NCBI GenBank assembly: GCA_051005755.1
Contig: JBPCJA010000194.1
Coordinates: 1 to 55,618, forward strand
From: Solirubrobacteraceae bacterium
Lineage (GTDB): Bacteria > Actinomycetota > Thermoleophilia > Solirubrobacterales > Solirubrobacteraceae
DNA length: 55,618 nucleotides
Direction: 5' to 3'
The translations under genes were made by a program, and so were the position numbers. A model generated the notes under the pieces. The model was not told where the DNA came from. It saw nothing but the letters and a program-made list of their open reading frames with translations, and ran no database searches. Below are positions 12,519-21,194 of this stretch, one piece after another (the first letter of the stretch is position 1; each line of letters begins with the position of its first letter).

Positions 12519-13435
12519 TCGCGCCGCGCCGGGTGCTCGTCACCGGGGCGAGCGGGTTCATCGGCCGGCACGCGCTGCAGCCGCTGCTACGGCGCGGCTT
12601 CGAGGTCCACGCGGTGACGAGCCGTGAGCCGCCGTGGCAGGCGCCGCCGGGGGTGCGCTGGCATCGCGCCGACCTGCTGGCGCCCGCCGGGCCCGGCGAT
12701 CTGCTCGCGGCGGCGGCTCCGACCCACCTGCTGCACTTCGCCTGGTACGCCGAGCACGGCCGCTTCTGGACGTCGGCGGAGGACCTGCGCTGGACGGCCG
12801 CCACGATCGCGCTCGTGCAGGCCTTCGCCGAGCGCGGCGGCCGGCGGGCGGTGCTCGCGGGCACCTGCGCCGAGTACCGCTGGGGCGATCCCGGGCCGCG
12901 CATCGAAGGCGTGACGCCGCTGGAGCCCGCGACGCTCTACGGGACGGCGAAGCACGCCACGCGCGCGCTGCTGCAGGCCGCCTCGGCGGAGCTCGGCATC
13001 GAGTTCGCATGGGGCCGCGTCTTCTTCCTCTACGGTCCGGGCGAGGCGCCCGGCCGGCTCGTCGCATCGGTCGCCCGCGCGCTCCTCGCGGGCAAGCGCG
13101 CGGCCACGGGCGACGGCACGCAGATCCGCGACTTCCTGCACGTCGCCGACGTCGCGGGCGCGTTCGCCGCGCTGCTGGACAGCCCGGTGACGGGCGCGGT
13201 CAACATCGCCTCGGGCGAGGGCCGGCCCCTGCGGGACGTCATCGCCGCGATCGGCGCCGCGACCGGCCGCGAGGACCTGCTCGACGTCGGCGCGCTGCCG
13301 CCGCGGCCGGGCGATCCCGGCGAGCTCGTCGCAGGCGTCGGCCGCCTGCGAGACGAGGTCGGCTTCGTCCCGGCGATCGGCCTGCGCGACGGGATCGAGG
13401 GGACCGTGGCGTGGTGGCGCGAGCAGGCAGGGTGA
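12515..13435 (+). CDS. NAD-dependent epimerase/dehydratase-family SDR (likely NDP-4-ketohexose reductase)
   Basis: ATG 12515 overlaps the upstream TGA (ATGA). MIAPRRVLVTGASGFIGRHAL, LYGTAKHATRALL (YxxxK), IRDFLHVADVA. The reductase role is inferred from operon position. Confidence 0.8.
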   Translation: MIAPRRVLVTGASGFIGRHALQPLLRRGFEVHAVTSREPPWQAPPGVRWHRADLLAPAGPGDLLAAAAPTHLLHFAWYAEHGRFWTSAEDLRWTAATIALVQAFAERGGRRAVLAGTCAEYRWGDPGPRIEGVTPLEPATLYGTAKHATRALLQAASAELGIEFAWGRVFFLYGPGEAPGRLVASVARALLAGKRAATGDGTQIRDFLHVADVAGAFAALLDSPVTGAVNIASGEGRPLRDVIAAIGAATGREDLLDVGALPPRPGDPGELVAGVGRLRDEVGFVPAIGLRDGIEGTVAWWREQAG

Positions 13436-13456
13436 TGCCGCGGTCCCGTTCTAGGA

Positions 13457-15037
13457 CTACCGGACCGCGAGCGGACCGGCGAACGTCCTGGTGTTCGTCG
13501 CCGTGGCGTTGCGCGCGCGTGCGCTCTGATCTCCAAACAGCCCGGACCTGGACTTCGCCAGTGTCCAGGCGGCATGGGCGACGCCGTCGCTCATTTCGGC
13601 CAATGCCGTGGTGTTGAGGTTCGTGATCGTGTCGCACGGCTTGTGATAACAGGCGTCGTACGGCTGCCCGGCGACGCCGCCGTAGGTCGCCGCCTGCGCG
13701 GCGGTCTTCGTACGCTCTGCGCCGCTGAACAGCCCACCGGCCGGAATCCCGACCGCGATGAACGGGCCGTAGTCCGAACGGCCGTCGAAGGGGGTGGGAT
13801 CGGTCGCCAGCCCCAGGCCCGCGAAGTAGGTGCTGAAGAGCGCCTCGATCTGACCGGACCCGGGCGGTCCGGCCCGCACGGTCCCGACCGGCGGGAACGC
13901 CGAGTTGTCGCCGTCGTACACGAAGCGCACGTAGTTCGGTGAGCCGAGCATGTCGAAGTTGAGGTTGGCGTAGATGTCACCGAGGGCGTCGCCGAGGTTT
14001 TCGACGTAGTGCTGGGCGCCCAGAAGGCCCTCCTCCTCGGCTCCCCAGAACGCAAAGCGCAGCGCGCGACGCGGCTTCAGGTCGAGCTTGGCGATCTGGA
14101 TGGCCGTCTCCAGGCCCGTGGCCGAACCCGAGCCGTTGTCGTTGATCCCGGGCCCGGCGGGCACGGAGTCCAGGTGCGAGCCGATCACGATCGTCTGCGA
14201 CGTGTCGCCGCCGCCGCGCGCGTAGTCGGCGATGACGTTCCGGGTCGTCCTGATCTCCGAGATCGTCGAGGTCGACACACGGACCGTAACCGCGCCCGCC
14301 CGTGTCTGATTGACGAGCTCCTCGCCGATCGCGTAGCTCGTGCCGATGACCGGGATCGTCACGCCTGGGGTGCCCAGCGATCCGAGCACGAGCACCGTCC
14401 GGTCCTCAGGCTGCGTCGGGCTCTGTGGCTGGCCCTCGTTGAAGATGATCACCGCGCTCGCGCCGGCGGCTGCGGCGTTGTCGGCCTTCTGGCGAAACGA
14501 GCAGGTGCCTCGCTGCAGCAGCGCGACGTTACCGGCCGCAAAGCCCGCGAAGTCGGAGGCCTCGCAGCCACTGCTCGACGCGTTGGGCGGGTTGGCGGCG
14601 ATCGGGACGACGACATCGATCGTCTGAAGAGCGGCACTCACGTCCCCGCTGCCCGAATAGCTCATCGTGGCGAACTCATCAGCCGTGAACGTCCTCGGGC
14701 TGGGTGACACGCGCGCGAATGCCGCAGGGACGATCTCCTGAAAGAACGGGAACTCGAACGACTGCTCGCTGACCGTGTAGCCCGCCTGCACGAGCTGGCG
14801 CTTGACGTAGTCCGCGGACGCGTCAAAGCCCGGGCTGCCGGACACACGCGTACCGCCACTTGCGTTGGCGATGAACTGGAACACCCGCTCGTGACCCAAG
14901 ATGCCGTTGACCGTCACCGCATCGCGCAGCCTCTTGGTGTTGACCTGATCAAGCGCTCCTGCCGTCGGCGCCAGGGCCGCCGAGCTGATCAGCGCGATCA
15001 GCAGACCGCAGAAGGCGGCTCGCATTGGACGGTGCAC
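13457..15037 (-). CDS. Secreted M28-family aminopeptidase with PA domain
   Basis: Signal-peptide-like N-terminus MHRPMRAAFCGLLIALISSAALAPTAGA. PA-domain block GNVALLQRGTCSFRQKADNAAAAGASAVIIFN. M28 metal-ligand blocks IGSHLDSVPAGPGINDNGSG, FAFWGAEEEGLLGA, NFDMLGSPN, HKPCDT. Confidence 0.9.
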   Translation of the reverse strand: MHRPMRAAFCGLLIALISSAALAPTAGALDQVNTKRLRDAVTVNGILGHERVFQFIANASGGTRVSGSPGFDASADYVKRQLVQAGYTVSEQSFEFPFFQEIVPAAFARVSPSPRTFTADEFATMSYSGSGDVSAALQTIDVVVPIAANPPNASSSGCEASDFAGFAAGNVALLQRGTCSFRQKADNAAAAGASAVIIFNEGQPQSPTQPEDRTVLVLGSLGTPGVTIPVIGTSYAIGEELVNQTRAGAVTVRVSTSTISEIRTTRNVIADYARGGGDTSQTIVIGSHLDSVPAGPGINDNGSGSATGLETAIQIAKLDLKPRRALRFAFWGAEEEGLLGAQHYVENLGDALGDIYANLNFDMLGSPNYVRFVYDGDNSAFPPVGTVRAGPPGSGQIEALFSTYFAGLGLATDPTPFDGRSDYGPFIAVGIPAGGLFSGAERTKTAAQAATYGGVAGQPYDACYHKPCDTITNLNTTALAEMSDGVAHAAWTLAKSRSGLFGDQSARARNATATNTRTFAGPLAVR

Positions 15038-15138
15038 ATCCCCTCCCTCCGTGAAATGGTGGAACTCGGAGCCAGCTCGCGGGACGCGCGCCGATCTTCT
15101 GGGTCGATACCCGCGGCGAGAAAGCTACCAGGCGGTGT

Positions 15139-15187
15139 GCCCGCCGATGCCAGCCCGCCGATGCCAGCCCGCCGATGCCAGCCCGCC
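15139..15187. repeat. Intergenic tandem repeat, 14-nt unit gcccgccgatgcca in 3.5 copies
   Basis: Exact copies at 15139-15152, 15153-15166 and 15167-15180, plus partial gcccgcc at 15181-15187. It lies between the APH-kinase stop (15203) and the M28 peptidase start (15037), both on the minus strand. The period is not a multiple of 3. Confidence 0.9.
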
Positions 15188-15202
15188 TGCTGGCGCGCCG
15201 TT

Positions 15203-16003
15203 CTATGCGGATCGTGGGAACAGCCAGCTGAAGCTGCGTTTGGCGGCCTGCGCGTACTCGGCGCGTCCACTTGACTGACCGTAGGCGAGGTCCTCCAGCG
15301 CGGCGCATCGCGCGAAGAACTCGATGCACTGAAGGGCTGCGTCGTCGAGGCCACCGTAGGCGTCCAGTGCCTCGTCGAGGAACGCAGGACCGAAGTCCCG
15401 ATGCAGACGAGAGAAGTCGAGCGCCGGATCGGTGATCGCTGCATCCGACCAGTCGATGATGCCGGTCAGGGATCCATCGAGATCCAGCAGGTGCTCCGCG
15501 CCGAGATCGGCATGCGCGAGGACAAGCCGGTGCGACGGGCGCGGAACCGTCGCGTGCACGACGCCGAGAAGATCGTCCGGACCATCCAAGTCGTCGAGCC
15601 ACGCGCGCGGATCGGCGTCTTCGGTCGGGACGACGTCGACGACTGCCGCTGCGTCGGTGGTGTGCAGATCGCGCAGAAATCGTCCCAGCCGATGTGCGGT
15701 GCCCCGCGACGGTGAGCGTCCCAGCAGCGGACGTCCCGCAAGCAGGGGATAGGCCAGGACGCCCTCGTCCGCGTCGGCGAAGCGAGGAGTCGGGACCGGA
15801 AGCGACACGCGGGGCGCAACGATTTCCAGCAGCCGCGCCTCGCGACGCACGCTCTGGGCATCCGCGACCCGGAGAACGAGGTCACCGGCGACGAAGACGA
15901 CGTGGTCGAGCCCGTGACCGAGCGTACGGACCGCGACGCCGGCCAGCTCCGGGGCGTGCATCCGAAGCGATCGTGTTGCGCGCTCGCGCGGGGTAGCCCT
16001 CAT
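15203..16003 (-). CDS. Aminoglycoside-phosphotransferase (APH/choline-kinase) fold kinase
   Basis: ATG 16003 overlaps the stop of the upstream HAD gene (ATGA). LVLAHADLGAEHLLDLDGSLTGIIDWSDAAITDPALDF contains the Brenner-type HxDxxxxN-like catalytic loop and the DWS/DxD metal motif typical of the APH fold. Confidence 0.8.
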   Translation of the reverse strand: MRATPRERATRSLRMHAPELAGVAVRTLGHGLDHVVFVAGDLVLRVADAQSVRREARLLEIVAPRVSLPVPTPRFADADEGVLAYPLLAGRPLLGRSPSRGTAHRLGRFLRDLHTTDAAAVVDVVPTEDADPRAWLDDLDGPDDLLGVVHATVPRPSHRLVLAHADLGAEHLLDLDGSLTGIIDWSDAAITDPALDFSRLHRDFGPAFLDEALDAYGGLDDAALQCIEFFARCAALEDLAYGQSSGRAEYAQAAKRSFSWLFPRSA

Positions 16004-16848
16004 GTCGCGGAATCGCCACAGGTGTCCGGGCCTTCCGCGACGTTGTCGGAGCGACTCTGCCGGCGCCGGGACGCCAGCCACCGCGCGACGCCGTCGTCGT
16101 CATTGGACAGCGTGACGTCGTCGGCGACGGCGAGCACCGCGGGATGGGCGTTGGCCATCGCGACGCCGACTCCCGCCCAGGCGAGGGCGTCCGCATCGTT
16201 GGGCATGTCGCCGAACGCCACGACGTCGGCAGCATTCACGCCCCATTCCTCGCAGAGCGCCGCCAGCGCCGCAGCCTTGCCCGTGCCCGGCGGGCCGATC
16301 TCGATGAATGCACCGCCGGAGTGCGTCAGCCGGCAGCGCATGTTCAAGCCGGGCGCGAGTGCTTCGCAGAGGACGTCGGGCGCGTAGCCGTCGGCGATCG
16401 CCATGAGCTTCGTCGCGGCGCCCTCCGGCGCGAGCGTGCCGACGGTCCGGGTGACCTCGACATCGATCCGCAGACCCGCGAGCCGCGCGAACGCGGGCTC
16501 GGCGATCGTGCCTTCGAACGTCTCCAGCGCGAGCGAGAGAGCGGGCACGCGCAGACGGAGCGCGTGGGCGAGCACGTCGAGGTCGCGCGGACCCCATGTC
16601 GTCGCGGCGACGATCCGGCCGGTTCGCGTGTCCCACGTGGTCGCGCCGTTGTCACAGACGGCGTAGCGCACGAGGGTCCACAAGGGCTCGACGACGCGCA
16701 GCAGACGCACCGGCCGTGCGGTGAGGGCGACGACGACGACACCGTCGTCGTCCAGCGTCCGCAGCTCGTCAGCCGTCGCGGGTGAGAGCGCTCCGTGCGA
16801 CGCGAGGAGCGTTCCGTCGACATCGCTGGCCACGACCGCGGGGATCAC
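16000..16848 (-). CDS. HAD-superfamily Cof-type phosphatase
   Basis: GTG 16848 gives VIPAVVASDVDGTLL (HAD motif I DxDGT). TARP is motif II, GTGKAAAL motif III and AFGDMPNDADAL motif IV. The track start at 17001 would overlap the upstream SDR gene by 100 nt. Confidence 0.8.
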   Translation of the reverse strand: MIPAVVASDVDGTLLASHGALSPATADELRTLDDDGVVVVALTARPVRLLRVVEPLWTLVRYAVCDNGATTWDTRTGRIVAATTWGPRDLDVLAHALRLRVPALSLALETFEGTIAEPAFARLAGLRIDVEVTRTVGTLAPEGAATKLMAIADGYAPDVLCEALAPGLNMRCRLTHSGGAFIEIGPPGTGKAAALAALCEEWGVNAADVVAFGDMPNDADALAWAGVGVAMANAHPAVLAVADDVTLSNDDDGVARWLASRRRQSRSDNVAEGPDTCGDSAT

Positions 16849-16900
16849 GGCGCCGGACCTGAAATCTGATGGTCGAGGGCCATCGCACGGGCAGCGCGAA

Positions 16901-17872
16901 TCAGGGCGCGATCTCGGAGCCCGCCGCCACGTCGAAGCGCTTCCAGAGGTCCCGCCGCTCGCGCAGCCAGTCGGCAAGCGCCCGAAAGCCGGTCGCGACA
17001 TCGTCCCGTGCGCGCCAGCCGAGCTCCTCGGCCGCGAGCGATGCGTCCGCGACCCAGACCTTCGCGTCCCAGTCGCGCTGGGGCTCGGTGCCCCACTCGG
17101 GCTCGACGTCGAGCCCCATCTCGGCGCGCGCGATCGCGACGACCTCCCGCAGCTTCGTCTCGCGCCCCGAGCCGATGTTGTAGACGGCGCCGCGCGGGAC
17201 GTCGGTGCGCTGCGCGGCGACGACGAAGGCCTCGTTCGTGTCCTGCACGCTGATGAAGTCGCGCGGCGTGTCGGGCGAGACGAGCGGCGGCAGGCGGCCC
17301 TCCAGGCCCCGCGCCACGAGCGTCGGCATGAGCCGCCCCGGCTCCTCCCAGGGGCCGAACACGCTGTAGAGGCGCAGCGTCACGACGTGCAGGTCGTCGC
17401 GCTGAGCGACGAAACGGCAATGCGTCGTCGCGGCCGCCTTCATGACCGCGTAGTCGGAGTTCGGATCGACGCGCTCGGTCTCCTTCGGCGCGTGCTGCTT
17501 GAAGCCGTACTCCGAGCTCGTGCCGGCGTGGACGAAGGCCTCGAAGCCCTCCGCCTCGCAGGCGGCGAGCAGGCGCACGGTGCTGACGAGGTTCGTCTGC
17601 ATGATCCGCTCGGAGTCGCGCTGCCAGGAGTAGGCGCCGTGGGCGGCGAGGTGGAAGACCCACTCGGGCCGGTGCTCGGAGACCGTCGCCTTGATCGCGT
17701 CGCCGTCGAGCAGCTCGAGGGCGACGACCTGAGCGTCCTGCGCGATCTCCGCAAGGCGCCAGGTCGACCCGTCCGGCCGCTCGGTCGCCACGACGTCGTG
17801 TCCGCCGGCGAGCAGATGGCGGACGAGGTTCGCGCCGATGAAGCCGCCGGCGCCCGTCACGAGGGCTTTCAC
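16901..17872 (-). CDS. NAD-dependent epimerase/dehydratase-family SDR
   Basis: MKALVTGAGGFIGANLVRHLLAGGHDVVA, AGTSSEYG, YAVMKAAA (YxxxK), DFISVQD. Confidence 0.85.
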   Translation of the reverse strand: MKALVTGAGGFIGANLVRHLLAGGHDVVATERPDGSTWRLAEIAQDAQVVALELLDGDAIKATVSEHRPEWVFHLAAHGAYSWQRDSERIMQTNLVSTVRLLAACEAEGFEAFVHAGTSSEYGFKQHAPKETERVDPNSDYAVMKAAATTHCRFVAQRDDLHVVTLRLYSVFGPWEEPGRLMPTLVARGLEGRLPPLVSPDTPRDFISVQDTNEAFVVAAQRTDVPRGAVYNIGSGRETKLREVVAIARAEMGLDVEPEWGTEPQRDWDAKVWVADASLAAEELGWRARDDVATGFRALADWLRERRDLWKRFDVAAGSEIAP

Positions 17873-17875
17873 CGT

Positions 17876-18811
17876 CTACGCCTTCGCGGCGAGCGCGTCC
17901 AGCGCCGTCGTCGCTGCCCGCACGACGGCGTCCCCGTCGATCCCGTAGCGGTGCTCGAGCCAGCGCTGCGAGCCGGTCGCGCCGGACGGCATCTCCCGGA
18001 CCGCGCAGCGCACGACGCGCGTCGCGAGCCCGTGCTCGGCGACGACCTCGCTGACGAGCGAGCCCAGGCCGCCGTTGGCGTAGGCGGCCTCGTGGGTCAC
18101 CGCGACGGGGACGCGCTCGAGCAGCGCGACGAGGTCGTCGACGGGCGCCGGCGCCAGCGACGCGCAGATGCTGACCGACGCGTCGATGCCCTGCTCGCCG
18201 GACAGCAGCGCGGCGGCCCGGACCGTTTCGGCCGCGATCGGCCCGGTGGCGATGAGCGCGACGTCGTCGCCGGGCGAGACGGTCGTCAGCCGCCCGAGGT
18301 CGAAGCGCCCGTCGAGGCCGGGCACCGCGACGCCGCCCTTGCCGAGACGGAAGTAGACCGGCCCGTCGATGGCGTGCCCGGCGCGCAGCCCGGCCCGCGC
18401 CTGCTCGGGGTCGGCGGCAGCGATCACCGTCATCCGCGGCTGCGCGCGCATGATCGCGAGGTCCTCCAGCGCGTGGTGCGTCACGCCGTTGTGCGCGTAG
18501 TCGAAGCCGCCGCCCACGCCGACGATCCGCACGGCCAGGTCGTGGAGCAACGGACCGTTGCGGATGAACTCGTAGGGCCGCAGGGTCGCGAAGGTCGCGA
18601 TCGAGTAGACGAACGGCCGCAGGCCCGCCTCGGCGAGCCCGGTGGCGACGCCGACCATGTTCTGCTCGGCGACGCCGAGGTTGTAGAACCGGTCGGGGAA
18701 CCGCTCGGCGAACGGCTCGAGGACCATGAACCCGAGGTCCCCGGTGAGCAGGACGACGGCCGGGTCGCGCTCGGCCGTGACGAGCAGCTCGTCGAGGAAC
18801 GCGTTCCTCAT
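17876..18811 (-). CDS. Transketolase, C-terminal (pyrimidine-binding) subunit
   Basis: ATG 18811 overlaps the TGA of the N-terminal subunit (ATGA). MRNAFLDELLVTAERDPAVVLLTGDLG, FYNLGVAEQNMVGVATGLA, THHALEDLAIMRAQPRMTVIAAADP. Confidence 0.88.
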   Translation of the reverse strand: MRNAFLDELLVTAERDPAVVLLTGDLGFMVLEPFAERFPDRFYNLGVAEQNMVGVATGLAEAGLRPFVYSIATFATLRPYEFIRNGPLLHDLAVRIVGVGGGFDYAHNGVTHHALEDLAIMRAQPRMTVIAAADPEQARAGLRAGHAIDGPVYFRLGKGGVAVPGLDGRFDLGRLTTVSPGDDVALIATGPIAAETVRAAALLSGEQGIDASVSICASLAPAPVDDLVALLERVPVAVTHEAAYANGGLGSLVSEVVAEHGLATRVVRCAVREMPSGATGSQRWLEHRYGIDGDAVVRAATTALDALAAKA

Positions 18812-19596
18812 CCGACCTGCGCCATCGCCGAGACGTACTCGTCGTCGTCCATCGGCATGTAGTGCCAGCGGATCTGCGACTCCATGTAGTCGACGCCCTT
18901 GCCGAACGTCGTGTGTGCGACGAGCACGCGCGGCCGGCCGTCGCGCGGGGCGTCGAGCGCCGCCCGGATGGCACCGGTGTCGTGGCCGTCGACCTCGACG
19001 ACGTCCCAGCCGAACGCCCGCCAGCGCTCGGCCATCGTGGGGCCGAGGTCCAGCACGTCCTTCGTGTACCCGAGGGCCTGCTGGCCGTTGAGGTCGATGA
19101 CCGCGGTGAGGTTGTCCAGGCCGTGCTGGGCGGCGAACATCGCCGCCTCCCAGACGGACCCTTCGTTGCACTCGGCATCGGAGATCAGCACGACGATCCG
19201 GCGCCTGGAGCCCTGCACCCTGCCCGCGAGCGCGGCCCCCGTGCCCATGCTCAGGCCCTGACCCAGCGAGCCGGTGCAGAAGTCGACGTCGTCGAGCGCA
19301 TGCTCGGGATGGCCGGCCAGCAGCGTACCGTCGCCGGCGAAGGTCTCGAGCTGCTCGTGCGTCAGACGGCCGGCGACGTGCAGCGCGCAGTACCACGCCA
19401 GCGCGGCATGGCCCTTGGACAGGATGAACCGGTCACGATCCGAGCGCTCCTCGCCACGATCGAGGTCCAGCGCGCCGTCCGCGAGCACCGCGAGCAGCTC
19501 GACCACCGAGAGCGAGGAGCCGATATGGCCGATGTGCGCGCGCTTGGACTGCTCGAGCACGGCGCGGCGGATCTGCTGTGCTGTGGCGGCAGGCAC
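18808..19596 (-). CDS. Transketolase, N-terminal (ThDP-binding) subunit
   Basis: GTG start 19596. HIGSSLSVVELLAVL, DRFILSKGHAALAWY, TGSLGQGLSMGTGAAL, VLISDAECNEGSVWEAAMFAAQHGLDNLTAVIDLNGQQ (GDG-X-N-type ThDP motif variant). Confidence 0.88.
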   Translation of the reverse strand: MPAATAQQIRRAVLEQSKRAHIGHIGSSLSVVELLAVLADGALDLDRGEERSDRDRFILSKGHAALAWYCALHVAGRLTHEQLETFAGDGTLLAGHPEHALDDVDFCTGSLGQGLSMGTGAALAGRVQGSRRRIVVLISDAECNEGSVWEAAMFAAQHGLDNLTAVIDLNGQQALGYTKDVLDLGPTMAERWRAFGWDVVEVDGHDTGAIRAALDAPRDGRPRVLVAHTTFGKGVDYMESQIRWHYMPMDDDEYVSAMAQVG

Positions 19597-19767
19597 CCCG
19601 GGAAGCCTAGGGCCTATCCCGGTGGGTCACGTACGATCCCCGCCGGGATGGGCCCCTGATCCGACACCGGTCGCGTGTTGCCCGCGGCGTGCTCGCGGGC
19701 GCCCGGGCACCGCCTGGGGCAGCCTCTAAGCTAGGCGCTGAATGGTCGGCTCCACGTCGTCGAGCCC

Positions 19768-20778
19768 ATGAAGCTGTCTCCGATCATCGCGTGCTACCGC
19801 GACGCCCAGGCGGTTCCGCACATGTACCGGCGTCTCGTCGAGACCTTCGAGCGGATCGGCTGCGACTACGAGATCATCTTCGTCAACGACGGGTCGCCCG
19901 ACGACGCACGCGATGTGCTCGCCCGGATCGCCGCCGCCGACCCCAACGTCGTGGTCGTCAACCACGCCCGCAACTTCGGCTCGCAGTCGGCCTTCACGAG
20001 CGGCATGGCGATCGCCACGGGCGATGCGTGCATCCTGCTGGACGGTGACCTGCAGGACCCGCCGGAGCTCATCGAACAGTTCGTCGAGCGCTGGAAGGAC
20101 GGCTACGACGTCGTCTACGGCGAGCGCGTCGGACGCGAGGCACCCCCGTTGATGCGGGCGTTCTACAAGGGCTTCTACCGCGTGTTCCGCCGCGCGGCCT
20201 ACGTCAACGTTCCGCTGGACGCCGGCGACTTCTCGCTCATCGACCGCCGCGTCGTCGACGCGCTGAACGCCATGCCCGAGAAGCAGCGCTTCCTCCGTGG
20301 CCTGCGGGCCTGGGTCGGGTTCAAGCAGATCGGCGTTCCCTACGTCCGCCCCGAGCGGATGTTCGGCGTCACCACGAACAACTTCCGCAAGAACCTCGGC
20401 TGGGCGCGCCGGGCGGTCGTGTCGTTCTCCTACGCGCCGCTGGACTTCATCACCGGGCTGGCGCTGTCGGTCGTCGCCCTGAGCGCCTTCGGGCTCGTCG
20501 CGCAGATCGTGCTGAAGATCGTTGCTCCAGGCGCGGCGCCGGAGGGCCTGACGACCGTCATCACGCTGATCCTCTTCATCGGCGGGATCCAGCTGCTGTG
20601 CCTCGCGATCATCGGCTCGTACATCGCGCACATGTACGAGGAGGTGAAGGGCCGGCCGGCGTACATCGTCGACTCCGTCCTCAACGCTCCCGACGGCGCC
20701 GCGCTGGAGCCGAGCGCGCTCGAACGCGGCCGCCACGAGCTGCGCGGCGAGGCGATCCAGCACGTCGAGGCGGGATGA
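19768..20778 (+). CDS. GT2 polyprenyl-phosphate glycosyltransferase (GtrB/ArnC/DPM1-like) with C-terminal TM helices
   Basis: PIIACYRDAQAV, YEIIFVNDGSPDD, ILLDGDLQDPPELI (DxD), FYRVFRRAAYVNVPLDAGDFSLIDRRVV. Two hydrophobic helices near the C-terminus: LALSVVALSAFGLVAQIVL and VITLILFIGGIQLLCLAIIG. Confidence 0.88.
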   Translation: MKLSPIIACYRDAQAVPHMYRRLVETFERIGCDYEIIFVNDGSPDDARDVLARIAAADPNVVVVNHARNFGSQSAFTSGMAIATGDACILLDGDLQDPPELIEQFVERWKDGYDVVYGERVGREAPPLMRAFYKGFYRVFRRAAYVNVPLDAGDFSLIDRRVVDALNAMPEKQRFLRGLRAWVGFKQIGVPYVRPERMFGVTTNNFRKNLGWARRAVVSFSYAPLDFITGLALSVVALSAFGLVAQIVLKIVAPGAAPEGLTTVITLILFIGGIQLLCLAIIGSYIAHMYEEVKGRPAYIVDSVLNAPDGAALEPSALERGRHELRGEAIQHVEAG

Positions 20779-21194
20779 GCGTCCCGGCGGCGGGCGGGGC
20801 CGGCCGCACGGAGGCCTGGTCGCGGGTGCTCGAGTTCGTGCGCTTCGGCGCCGTCGGGGCCTCGAGCACGGTCCTCTACCTCGCCGTGTACGGCGGCGCC
20901 CTCCTCATCGGCGTGCCGTTCATCCTCGCGGCGCTGGCGGCGTTCGTGCTGAGCGCCGTGTGCGGCTACCTCCTGCACCACCGCTGGACGTTTCGCACCA
21001 ATGCGCCCACGCGCGGCGGGCTTGCGCGCTGGCTGATCCTCCAGGGCACGGTGCTGGGCTGCAATCTGCTCGCGCTGTGGGCGCTCGTGGTGCAGGCGGG
21101 CATCGGCCGGCTCCTCGCCCAGGTCATGCTCCTGCCGTTGCTCCCGCTTGCGACGTACCTGCTCAGCCGGCGCCGCGTGTTCCGGGCCGCGTAG
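20775..21194 (+). CDS. GtrA-family small membrane protein
   Basis: ATG 20775 overlaps the upstream TGA (ATGA). 139 aa with four hydrophobic segments. EFVRFGAVGASSTVLYLAVY and GYLLHHRWTFR are typical of GtrA-like proteins. Confidence 0.85.
   Translation: MSVPAAGGAGRTEAWSRVLEFVRFGAVGASSTVLYLAVYGGALLIGVPFILAALAAFVLSAVCGYLLHHRWTFRTNAPTRGGLARWLILQGTVLGCNLLALWALVVQAGIGRLLAQVMLLPLLPLATYLLSRRRVFRAA

Noticed and set aside
13439-13469. cgcggtcc ... ggaccgcg 8-bp inverted repeat between convergent genes, as a possible terminator.
   Set aside because: It has a 15-nt loop and no T-tract, and its right arm lies inside the peptidase coding end. This is too weak to call.
19700-19730. caccgcctggggca upstream of the GT2 gene resembles the CCGCCUGGGCA 3' element of ZTP (pfl) riboswitches.
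   Set aside because: It has an extra G. I could not find the 5' sub-domain (GGGUCGUGACUGGCG-like). The downstream gene is not folate- or purine-related.
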